DNA of 32,000 bases. Source: Nitrososphaeraceae archaeon. Lineage in GTDB: Archaea; Thermoproteota; Nitrososphaeria; Nitrososphaerales; Nitrososphaeraceae. Both the position numbers and the translations under genes were made by a program. Under the pieces are notes generated by a model, which was given only the letters and a program-made list of their open reading frames with translations, made no database searches and was not told where the DNA came from. The DNA lies in the NCBI GenBank assembly GCA_023251115.1, contig JAHEZK010000011.1:1-32000 (forward strand). The letters are read 5' to 3'. Shown one piece after another: positions 16,983 to 25,968 of the stretch (its first letter is position 1; every line of letters begins with the position of its first letter).

Positions 16983-18845
16983 ATGCCAGATATTAGATGG
17001 CGAGAAAAAAGTGTGTTCATAGCAATTTTGACGATCATATCATTATCACCTTTAAGTTATTCTTTTTTTTCTTATGCACAAAACAGTACAAATACAAATA
17101 GTATAGGCATAAATATTACTGACGTGTCAGTAACATCTGAAACACTGATAAAGACTGGTAACGATACGATCAAAGTCTTTGTAGCAAAAAAAGTTATTAC
17201 AATGGATCCTGGTTGGCCTAATGCCACAGCTATCGCTGTGAAAGATGGCAAGATATTGTCTGTTGGATCTTTACAGGATCTCAAGCCTTGGCTGGATCAC
17301 TATCCTCATGTGATTATTGATACTTTTAAGGATAAGGTGATAATGCCCGGATTCATTGAACCGCATGGACATCCTATCATTGGAGGTATCACACTTACTC
17401 GGCCTCTGCTGGTTTATCGTGACACTTTGAATCCATACGGACCAGCGTTTGATGGCTTGAAATCCAAATCAGAAGCAATAGTCAAACTTCAGGAATACGA
17501 AGCAAATATGGGACAGAATGGGACAAATCAGACCCTTTTTGTATGGGGATATGACCCAACTACGATGGGTGAAAGATTATCAGTTGATGACTTAGATTCA
17601 GTCTCAAAAGATCGTCCTATCGTGGTTTGGGATGCTTCAGAACATGAAGCATATGCAAACACTGCAGCAATGAAGAAACACAATATAACAAGCGAATCAA
17701 CCAGGATAAATGGAGTAGGAGCAGACGCAAATGGTGAACCTAATGGTCAATTCATTGGAGCCAAGGCCGCATCCTTGATACTTGCGCCAGAGATTGAGGA
17801 TATAGCTACACCAGAGAGTTTGCAAGAGATCTTGCATTATATTGTGGATCTTAGCCGCCAAGGAGGAATTACCACAACCTCAGAACTTGCTATGGGTATA
17901 GTTCTCGGCGTCGAAGAAGAAGCAAAAATCCTTAAACAATTTTTTGATGATCCCACAACTCCAATGCGTGTTGTAGCAGTGGTAGATGGATTGTCAGCTG
18001 GTATTGAAAAGAAAAGTGAAGCCATCAACTATTCGCTTTCTCTACATAATAATAATAGTAGTGATAAGACTATATTTAATGGAGTCAAGTTTTTTAGCGA
18101 TGATTCATTTCTGAGCCTTAAAATGCAACCAAACTACCCAGGATATATTGATAATCATACTGGATTATGGAATAATGCTCCTGGTGAAGACTTCGTTAAA
18201 CTCATCTTACCATGGTGGCTTTCGGGATTCCAAATTCATATCCACACAAATGGGGGTGCTTCTCAGGATTCGGTGTTGCATTCCCTGGCTGCATTACAGA
18301 ATGAGAAGCCTAGGTTTGATCACAGATTTACGTTTGATCACTACGGTTTATCAACGTCTTCTCAGGCCTTAAAATTAAAGGCTCTGGGTGCAGTTGCTAG
18401 TGTGAATCCATATTATGTATATCTTCGTGGTGAGCTAAACGAAAAGTTTATTGGAACAGATGTTGCTGAAAAGGCCGCAAGATTAGGAACCCTTACCAAT
18501 GCTAGCGTTCCAACTACCTTACACTCTGATACTCCTATTGGAGAACCTAGACCATTGGAATGGGTTTGGATTGCAGTGAACAGGTTGGGGCTCTCCGGAG
18601 AAGTGTTGGCTCCAAGTGAAAGAGTAACAGTCGATGACGCACTCAAGATGATCACAGTTAATGCTGCTTTCGCATTAGGAATGGATGACAAAATCGGAAG
18701 TATAGAACCTGGCAAGTTTGCTGACTTTGTGATCTTAGATCAAGATCCGTACGAAGTTCAGCCAGGGAAGATTAGAGATATTGGAGTATGGGGCACAGTT
18801 GTAGAAGGGCAGATCTATCCTGCTAGCGAAATTAAACCTCAATAA
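16983..18845 (+). CDS. Secreted Amidohydro_3 (YtcJ/AepA-like) metal-dependent hydrolase, paralog 1
   Basis: 620 aa. Signal-like N-terminus MPDIRWREKSVFIAILTIISLSPLSYSFFSYA. PGFIEPHGHP (HxH metal motif). C-terminal GSIEPGKFADFVILDQDP typical of the amidohydrolase 3 family. Confidence 0.85.
   Translation: MPDIRWREKSVFIAILTIISLSPLSYSFFSYAQNSTNTNSIGINITDVSVTSETLIKTGNDTIKVFVAKKVITMDPGWPNATAIAVKDGKILSVGSLQDLKPWLDHYPHVIIDTFKDKVIMPGFIEPHGHPIIGGITLTRPLLVYRDTLNPYGPAFDGLKSKSEAIVKLQEYEANMGQNGTNQTLFVWGYDPTTMGERLSVDDLDSVSKDRPIVVWDASEHEAYANTAAMKKHNITSESTRINGVGADANGEPNGQFIGAKAASLILAPEIEDIATPESLQEILHYIVDLSRQGGITTTSELAMGIVLGVEEEAKILKQFFDDPTTPMRVVAVVDGLSAGIEKKSEAINYSLSLHNNNSSDKTIFNGVKFFSDDSFLSLKMQPNYPGYIDNHTGLWNNAPGEDFVKLILPWWLSGFQIHIHTNGGASQDSVLHSLAALQNEKPRFDHRFTFDHYGLSTSSQALKLKALGAVASVNPYYVYLRGELNEKFIGTDVAEKAARLGTLTNASVPTTLHSDTPIGEPRPLEWVWIAVNRLGLSGEVLAPSERVTVDDALKMITVNAAFALGMDDKIGSIEPGKFADFVILDQDPYEVQPGKIRDIGVWGTVVEGQIYPASEIKPQ
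17063..17070 (+). other. T8 homopolymer in the signal-peptide codons of paralog 1
   Basis: Counted directly. The homologous tract in paralog 2 (22404-22410) is T7. Confidence 0.9.
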
Positions 18846-19134
18846 AAATGTTTTTTCTCGACTCGGAATAGCTACTAAGCGTTAACAAATGAACTATCAT
18901 AAATTAATCGATAGAGGCTTAACGACAAGAGATATAGAGAATAGTATTTATCACAGATATGGGCAGAATCCGAATGTTGTGCATAAATTTCACGTACTCA
19001 GGTTTCGTTAACAAGAGATAGAAAGAGTAGGACATATTTTCGAGATAGTAGTATCTGTCAAATAGATTGCAACAAAAAATATTAATGACAAAATCGGGTT
19101 GGTTATTTTTATTTGCTCTCAAACCTAAATCGGT

Positions 19135-21042
19135 TTAGTTAATAGTATGTATAGGTTCAATTTGACCTTTAAATCCCGGTGCTAGCATACCGGATAAAGA
19201 GATAGTTTGTATGTTGGTTGAGTTTAGTTCGGGGAACACATTGGCCACAGCTGTTGCAAATTGGGCTCCTCTTGGGATTATGACCCCCACATCTTCAGCA
19301 AATTTCCCATAAACCTCCTTCATAGTTTGTACAATATCTGGATGCAAATCTGCCACGTTTATGCTTTCTCCAAGGTCAACTGCGAGATCATACAATTTCC
19401 ATTCATTTGGCTTATCTGATGAGTCATGAATCCCTTTCCAATCACCCATGATCACAGTTGTCTGGTTAAAGAGTTCTGCTGGGACAGGTTCATTGTCTGC
19501 ATAGACATTCTGAGCTGTTCCATTAAGAACTGCTTTAAAAGATTTTCCCATAGGTGGATGAATGTCACGTCCTTGATAGGTTGTTGGATATGAAACATCT
19601 GCGAAGTCTAAAATTGTAGGGGTTATATCTGTCACATATACAAAACTTTTGATAATGTTGTTTGTAGCGTTTGAAGTTGGCAGCGGTTCCTTGATTAGAA
19701 ACGGTACTCTTGTTCCACCTTCATAAAAGCTTCCCTTGAAGCCTGAAAATGGGGCGACTGCCACATAAGTACCCCATGAACCGTAATTGAAGTCGGAATC
19801 TGCGTTACCAAGATTTGAAAAACTATTATTTATTCCAGCTATAAATTGTGCCGCTTGAGTTGCGTTGTATGCGCTACTATATTTGAATTTAGCCAGTTCC
19901 ACTGGCTCGCTTGTACCGTTGTCAGAAGTAAATAGAATTAATGTATTATCATATTGTCCAGTATCTTTTAGATATTGTATCACTCTACCCACATTCTTGT
20001 CCATATCCCCTATCATGGCTGCATGTACTGCCAATACTTTTGCTGCATAGTCTTTTTGATCATTGGTAAGACTCTCCCATGATTGATTTGGAGGAAGTCT
20101 TTGCGGGATGGTCATATTCGAAGGCCATATTCCTAATTGTTTCTGCTTTTCAAATATCTGCTCTCTTATCTTATCCCATCCTATGCTTCTATAGATTTTA
20201 TAGTATTTTTCTATGTTATCTGGTGGGGCCTGGAATGGCGTGTGGGCGACCTGAAAAGAAAGGTACGCAAAGAAGGGCTTATCATCTGCCTCTGTTTTTT
20301 TAAGGTATTCTAATATTTTGTCGGTATACAGGTCAGCCGCGTAAACTGTATTATTGCCAGGTCTTGGAACAACAGTATCATTTTCTACAAATGTTACTGT
20401 ATAGCCAGGTACGTATGTGTTATTATTGAAGTGATTAGCTCCATCCTGCAACAGAGTAAAGACATTCTCAAAACCTCTATCATAAGGCTTCGTTCCTGGC
20501 TGACCTTCTTTTCCAGATCCGGAGAGATGCCACTTGCCAGAAAGCATAGTGTTGTATCCTGCATCCCTTAATAGTTCTGCTACTGTTACTACTCTGTCGT
20601 TTATGTAAGTTTCATAACCCGGTTGGCCCACTTGATTTTCAGCTATTAGCTCATACATTGTTCCTATTCCACCTATATGCCAGTCAACGCCCGTGAGCAA
20701 TGACAGCCTGGCGGGAGAACACGTAGGAGCAGTATGGTAGTTAGTTAAAACTTTTCCTTCTTTTGCTAAAGTGTCTAAGTTTGGAGTTGAAATCTCACTG
20801 CCAAATGATCCAATGTCTGCGTATCCAAAGTCATCACCCAGTATTACCAAAAAGTTTGGGCGCTGACTCTGTGCTGAAGCGCCAGAAGTTTCAGAAAAAG
20901 CTTGATAAAAATTTGAATTTAAGGGTAATGATGACGCAGATATTGATGATATAATTGGTGGTAACCCAATGATTCCGCTAAGAATCATCCCCAACATCAC
21001 GAAGATAGAGAAACCCCGATTAATTTTCACTTCAACTGCCAT
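19135..21042 (-). CDS. Cys-type (formylglycine-dependent) sulfatase, secreted
   Basis: 635 aa. N-terminal hydrophobic segment. LVILGDDFGYADIGSFGSE and APTCSPARLSLLTG (C-x-P-x-R FGly motif followed by LTG). Confidence 0.9.
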   Translation of the reverse strand: MAVEVKINRGFSIFVMLGMILSGIIGLPPIISSISASSLPLNSNFYQAFSETSGASAQSQRPNFLVILGDDFGYADIGSFGSEISTPNLDTLAKEGKVLTNYHTAPTCSPARLSLLTGVDWHIGGIGTMYELIAENQVGQPGYETYINDRVVTVAELLRDAGYNTMLSGKWHLSGSGKEGQPGTKPYDRGFENVFTLLQDGANHFNNNTYVPGYTVTFVENDTVVPRPGNNTVYAADLYTDKILEYLKKTEADDKPFFAYLSFQVAHTPFQAPPDNIEKYYKIYRSIGWDKIREQIFEKQKQLGIWPSNMTIPQRLPPNQSWESLTNDQKDYAAKVLAVHAAMIGDMDKNVGRVIQYLKDTGQYDNTLILFTSDNGTSEPVELAKFKYSSAYNATQAAQFIAGINNSFSNLGNADSDFNYGSWGTYVAVAPFSGFKGSFYEGGTRVPFLIKEPLPTSNATNNIIKSFVYVTDITPTILDFADVSYPTTYQGRDIHPPMGKSFKAVLNGTAQNVYADNEPVPAELFNQTTVIMGDWKGIHDSSDKPNEWKLYDLAVDLGESINVADLHPDIVQTMKEVYGKFAEDVGVIIPRGAQFATAVANVFPELNSTNIQTISLSGMLAPGFKGQIEPIHTIN

Positions 21043-21321
21043 TACGTGATGTTTATAATAAAGATTTCTGGAATGATAGTAATCATCATAATTCTCTGCA
21101 TTCTTGCTGAATATTTCAGCTACTGATAATTGGGAATATTATGGAAGAATTGGTCTGTTGTTTCTAAGGCTATATTCATGAGCCAAAAAAGTTTGTTCTC
21201 TTGTTAGGTCCCAATTTAAATCATCTATGCTTTTATACAGTGCCACAAATACATAGATTTTGCTCAAGGAGGAGGTCTGTGGCTATTGACTCATTTATTA
21301 GAAATATCCTGATGATTATCA

Positions 21322-21960
21322 CTATATGCCCCTTCTTACATCCTTGCTGTATGCAATAACCATAATCAAACTTGTGGAACAAGTGGCCCAGTCAATAATT
21401 GGACGACCATATAATAAGTTTGATTTAAAGTCATTCTCGATATTAAAGTAAATTAAGGCCTGTACGATGAACAAGGCAAGAAAAATGATCCTAATCCAGT
21501 GAGACGCAATCCAGCCTCTCATGACTTTTAGGTGCGATTGTGGATCTGTTCTTGGTCTGGTAACAGACTTGTACAATGATATGTCATATACTATATCCCA
21601 GAGAAGAATAAATACAAAAATCATAGGGAGTAACATAATGATAATAGAAAAAAATCCTACGGAATTAACTAGATACCAATAAAGAAATAGTATGACTAAA
21701 TCTATAAAAAATATATATGGATTAATATCTGGCCGTTTCTTTATGATGAAATGGTACCCAATCCAACCTGCCACTACTGTCACATATACTAGAAGAAGTG
21801 TAAAAGCTTCGAACTTAAACGTATTAGGATCAAACAGTATTGCTTTATTATTATTCCAGCTAGTAGCAATGATCATGCCAAAAATAACATCTAGCAGTAA
21901 TTCGTATAATTCTGATGAATTCTTGTCGCTATATTTTTTTGTGTTACTGTCCTCCCGCAT
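21322..21960 (-). CDS. Hypothetical polytopic membrane protein
   Basis: 212 aa, about 5-6 hydrophobic helices, no recognisable motif. Confidence 0.5.
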   Translation of the reverse strand: MREDSNTKKYSDKNSSELYELLLDVIFGMIIATSWNNNKAILFDPNTFKFEAFTLLLVYVTVVAGWIGYHFIIKKRPDINPYIFFIDLVILFLYWYLVNSVGFFSIIIMLLPMIFVFILLWDIVYDISLYKSVTRPRTDPQSHLKVMRGWIASHWIRIIFLALFIVQALIYFNIENDFKSNLLYGRPIIDWATCSTSLIMVIAYSKDVRRGI

Positions 21961-22337
21961 CCTGCTTCTGTAGTAATATCGTGCTAGTATATTAGAATAT
22001 TCAGTTTGCAGTACGCTTGGTGCCTCATAGAATGGTGGTACGGTAACCGGCTAAGTAAATGTGTTCCATCTTTACAATTAATCTTATTAAGAAAGCAGAA
22101 ACTCGATATACTTAGAAAAAGGGAACAAACACATCAGCTCCACCTGTCAATCCTCATCTGCAGGATTTAGTTGAAAGAACAAATGCAAGCGCAGCTAGAT
22201 GATCTTGTCTCGTTAAAATAAGATGACTATCTGTTTTATTTGCTTTATTAGATGTCGTACTTACAGACATAGGTAACAAATTCACTTACAGACATAGGCC
22301 TAGTAAAAGGGTTCATTTCAAGAATGCCAAATATTAG

Positions 22338-24179
22338 ATGGCGAGAAAAAAGCGCGTTCATAGCAATTTTGACGATCATATCATTATCACCTTTGAGTTA
22401 TTCTTTTTTTCTTATGCACAAAACAGTACAAATACAAATAGTACAGGCACAAATATTACTGATGTGTCAGTAACATCTGAAAAACTGATAAAGACTGGTA
22501 AGGATATGATCAAAGTCTTTGTAGCAAAGAAAGTTATTACAATGGATCCTGGTTGGCCTAAAGGTACTGCGATTGCGGTAAAAGATGGAAAGATAGTTTC
22601 TGTTGGATCACTAGAAGATCTCAAGCCTTGGCTGGATCACTATCCTCATGAAATTATTGATACTTTTAAAGATAATATAATAATGCCCGGATTCATTGAA
22701 CCACACGGACATCTTATAATTGGAAGTATAACTATTACTCGTCCCCTGCTGAGTTATTTTGATATTTTAAATCCTTATGGTCCATCTTTTCATGGTCTCA
22801 AGACCAATGCCGAAGTTCTGGCCCAACTACGCGAATATGATAAAAGTATGGATTCAAACCAAACTCTTCTGGCATGGGGATATGATCCTAGTGCGATAGG
22901 TGAAAAAAGCTTGACGGTTCATGATCTAGATGGAATATCCATGGTTCGTCCTATCATCGTCTGGGACGCTTCAGAACATAAGGCTTTTACAAACACTGCA
23001 GCAATGAAGAAACACAATATAACAAGCGAATCAACCAGGATAAATGGAGTAGGAACAGACGCAAATGGTCAACCTAATGGTCAGTTCATTGGAGTCAAGG
23101 CAGCATCCCTTATTCTTGCCCCAGAATTAAAGAATCTACTTACACCTGAAAGTTTGCAAAAAACCACACGTTACCTTGTTGACTTGAGCCGCCAAGGAGG
23201 AATTACCACAAGTTCAGAACTTGCCTTAGGTGTTAGTTCTGGGAGTGTGGAATTTGAATCAAAATTTTTAAAAAAATTTTTTGATAACTCTTCAACTCCA
23301 ATGCGCGTTGTAGCAGTGGTCGACGGATTGTCAGTTCAAAAAGAAAAGAAGGATAACGCCATCGATTATACTCTTTCTTTACATAATAATAGTAGTGATA
23401 AGACTATATTTAATGGAGTCAAGTTCTTCAATGATGATGCGTTAATAGGCCAGTCAATGCAGGTAAGATATCCAGGATATATTGACGGTCATACGGGATT
23501 GTGGAATAATGCTCCTGGTGAGGGCTTTGTTAAACTCATGCTACCATGGTGGCTTTCAGGATTCCAGATCCATGTTCACAGTAGCGGGAGCGCTGCTCAG
23601 GAGTCACTCCTAAATGTGTTGGCTGCTTTACAGGATGAGAAACCTAGATTTGATCACAGATTTACATTTGATCACTATGGTTTGTCTACTCCTGCTCAGG
23701 CTTTGAAACTAAAGGCTCTTGGAGGAGTTGCAAGTGTTAATCCATATTTTGTGTACTATTATGGCGAGATAGATGAAAAGTATATAGGAACAGATGTTGC
23801 ACATACCGCTTCAAGATTAGGAACCCTTACCAATGCTAGCGTTCCAACTACTTTGCATTCGGATACTCCGTTGGGAAAGCCGAGGCCACTTGAATGGGTG
23901 TGGATTGCAGTAAATAGGTTTGGACAGTCTGGAAACGTCCTTGCGCCTAGTGAACGGGTATCAGTAGATGAGGCTTTTAAAATGATCACAGTTAATGCTG
24001 CTTACGCATTAGGAATGGATGACAAAATCGGAAGTATAGAACCTGGCAAGTTTGCTGACTTTGTGATCTTAGATCAAGATCCGTACGAAGTTCAGCCAGG
24101 GAAGATTAGAGATATTGGAGTATGGGGCACAGTTGTAGAAGGGCAGATCTATCCTGCCAGTGAAATAAAACTTCGATGA
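22338..24179 (+). CDS. Amidohydro_3 hydrolase, paralog 2 (signal peptide out of frame)
   Basis: 613 aa, collinear with paralog 1 (PGFIEPHGHL; identical GSIEPGKFADFVILDQDP). The homologous signal-peptide ATG is at 22324 in another frame (50-codon ORF 22324-22473) because the T tract is one nt shorter. The in-frame N-terminus MARKKRVHSNFDDHIIITFE is not signal-like. Confidence 0.75.
   Translation: MARKKRVHSNFDDHIIITFELFFFSYAQNSTNTNSTGTNITDVSVTSEKLIKTGKDMIKVFVAKKVITMDPGWPKGTAIAVKDGKIVSVGSLEDLKPWLDHYPHEIIDTFKDNIIMPGFIEPHGHLIIGSITITRPLLSYFDILNPYGPSFHGLKTNAEVLAQLREYDKSMDSNQTLLAWGYDPSAIGEKSLTVHDLDGISMVRPIIVWDASEHKAFTNTAAMKKHNITSESTRINGVGTDANGQPNGQFIGVKAASLILAPELKNLLTPESLQKTTRYLVDLSRQGGITTSSELALGVSSGSVEFESKFLKKFFDNSSTPMRVVAVVDGLSVQKEKKDNAIDYTLSLHNNSSDKTIFNGVKFFNDDALIGQSMQVRYPGYIDGHTGLWNNAPGEGFVKLMLPWWLSGFQIHVHSSGSAAQESLLNVLAALQDEKPRFDHRFTFDHYGLSTPAQALKLKALGGVASVNPYFVYYYGEIDEKYIGTDVAHTASRLGTLTNASVPTTLHSDTPLGKPRPLEWVWIAVNRFGQSGNVLAPSERVSVDEAFKMITVNAAYALGMDDKIGSIEPGKFADFVILDQDPYEVQPGKIRDIGVWGTVVEGQIYPASEIKLR
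22404..22410 (+). other. T7 homopolymer: frameshift site relative to paralog 1
   Basis: 80 nt separate the upstream ATG from the tract in both copies. The only length difference in that stretch is T8 versus T7. Confidence 0.9.
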
Positions 24180-24318
24180 AAATATCTTTTTGTCGGATTG
24201 ACGGAATGTAGAAGGGCGGTAACAACCAGAGACGATGCTAGAATAAGAATAAAGGTGAATCTTAAGAGATTCAACAATTAGCTATAAGTGCCCTCAGATC
24301 CTAACTAAATCATCTAGA

Positions 24319-24891
24319 ATGTCAGATCCAAGTTGGCTTATCGAATATTACAGGAGATTACAAGGAGATTATCAATCTTCCTTTGTACGAAGGGATAATG
24401 TAACTAATCGGACATATACTTTGCTTTTAGCTTTCTTAGCAGTTTATTTTGGTTTTTTTAGTGCAAATCTTCTTGCTCAACCGTTATGGAGATATTCCTT
24501 CGTCGTAGGAATCTTAGTTATAATGATTAGGTTTTTCTTTCAATCAATGATCATATATGGCTTCATACTAAGATATAGATACTTGAAGATGCGAATCGAA
24601 AGTCACTGGCTAGAAGACGGCCCTACTGTAGATGAAATTAAGAAGGATATGCTTAGGTATGATCATGGTGGGATTTTTCCTCCAACGGGTAGAAGTCGCC
24701 TATGGGATGGACAGATTCGTTCTGGCTTTATTCTCAACCTCATTATTCCGCTCATTCTCATTGCGAACGAATTGAACTTGGTCTCAGGAGCGACTCCAAA
24801 TATCTATTTGTGGATAATGATATTCCTAATAATTTATGTAATCACGGAAGTAATTAATTTCATAACCTTTGATCGAGTGAAAAAATCGTGA
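24319..24891 (+). CDS. Hypothetical membrane protein
   Basis: 190 aa. Soluble N-terminal ~35 aa, two central helices, a basic loop and two C-terminal helices. No family recognised. Confidence 0.5.
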   Translation: MSDPSWLIEYYRRLQGDYQSSFVRRDNVTNRTYTLLLAFLAVYFGFFSANLLAQPLWRYSFVVGILVIMIRFFFQSMIIYGFILRYRYLKMRIESHWLEDGPTVDEIKKDMLRYDHGGIFPPTGRSRLWDGQIRSGFILNLIIPLILIANELNLVSGATPNIYLWIMIFLIIYVITEVINFITFDRVKKS

Positions 24892-25968
24892 TGTTGCAAT
24901 CTTTTAGAAGCAGTCAAGACATATTAATTCTTTTTACACTCTCTGATGCTCAATTCATCGATAGAGTCTATCTTAAATTCAAATTTTGGTTCTTGCATAT
25001 CCGATCTCAACCTTGTAATTCATTAAGAATGCTAAATTGATTCATGCGTGTTTACTATCTCTATTCCTGATAAATGTGTTCTATAGCCTTGCTAAAACGA
25101 TCATGCAAGTCTGGGCTGGTTTACAACATATGCAAGTATCCCTGAGGTCTCTCAAGAGTCCTTTATATCACACATAAACTGATAACTGCCTTCCCTAGCT
25201 CTAACGCGGTAATAGCGGAAAAAGTATTCTTGATATACTCTTGCTTTTGTGCCTTTACCATCTCATCTTGTTGTTTACTCCAACTTCCTCTGGTATATTC
25301 AATTGAAAGTCGTCAAGTCCTTCTTCAAGTTCTTTTTTTGTTACGTCTGACTTCTATGTGTCGATTATAGCTTCATCTATTTCATCTAATAATTCTTGTT
25401 TTGAAACTTTTGGCCCTATCTCCAACCGGTTATTGTACAATATGTAAAAACTTATAATAGATTTACAGGACCTATAGCATCCAGAATTATTTCATTTAAT
25501 AGATAAAATCTCAAAAAAACAAAATGCTGATTCGCTTTAAGGAAAAAAGGTTCTCAAATTGGCCATGTAGTATTCATACAGTTAAAAGGTCATAACATCA
25601 TGTATGGATCAGTCGAGTCTTGAGATAGTAGGGAAATAGCCCGAATAATACAGGCAAAGTGCAGAATCAAGTTCTTCTATGGGCAAAGAATCAGGATCAG
25701 AAGATAACATTAACCCTGTGCTGGATCCAAATACCATGGCAAATAAGGCTTTTTGAATATTTTGGATAACCCTTAACTGCATAAAAAATATCTCGAGATT
25801 TCAAGTGGTCTATAATCTGTTCCTCTGGAAGGACATGGTGTTCGATTAGTCATAAATAACAATAAAACAAAATGAGTTGGTACTTTGACATACAAGCTCA
25901 AGTAGCAAGATGTCGATATCTCTTCCATTATGATTATTTCGAAAGAAAATAGAGCATGGATAGCATAG

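Noticed and set aside
18919-19122. 67-aa ORF in the convergent gap between amidohydrolase 1 and the sulfatase
   Set aside because: AT-rich, with Tyr/Asn/Ile/Phe-rich composition typical of a random ORF in intergenic DNA. No start-context or motif support.
17072-23989. Antisense ORF pairs conserved in both amidohydrolase paralogs (17072-17284 / 22412-22624 and 18413-18715 / 23759-23989)
   Set aside because: Their conservation follows from the gene duplication. They lie opposite highly supported coding sequence.
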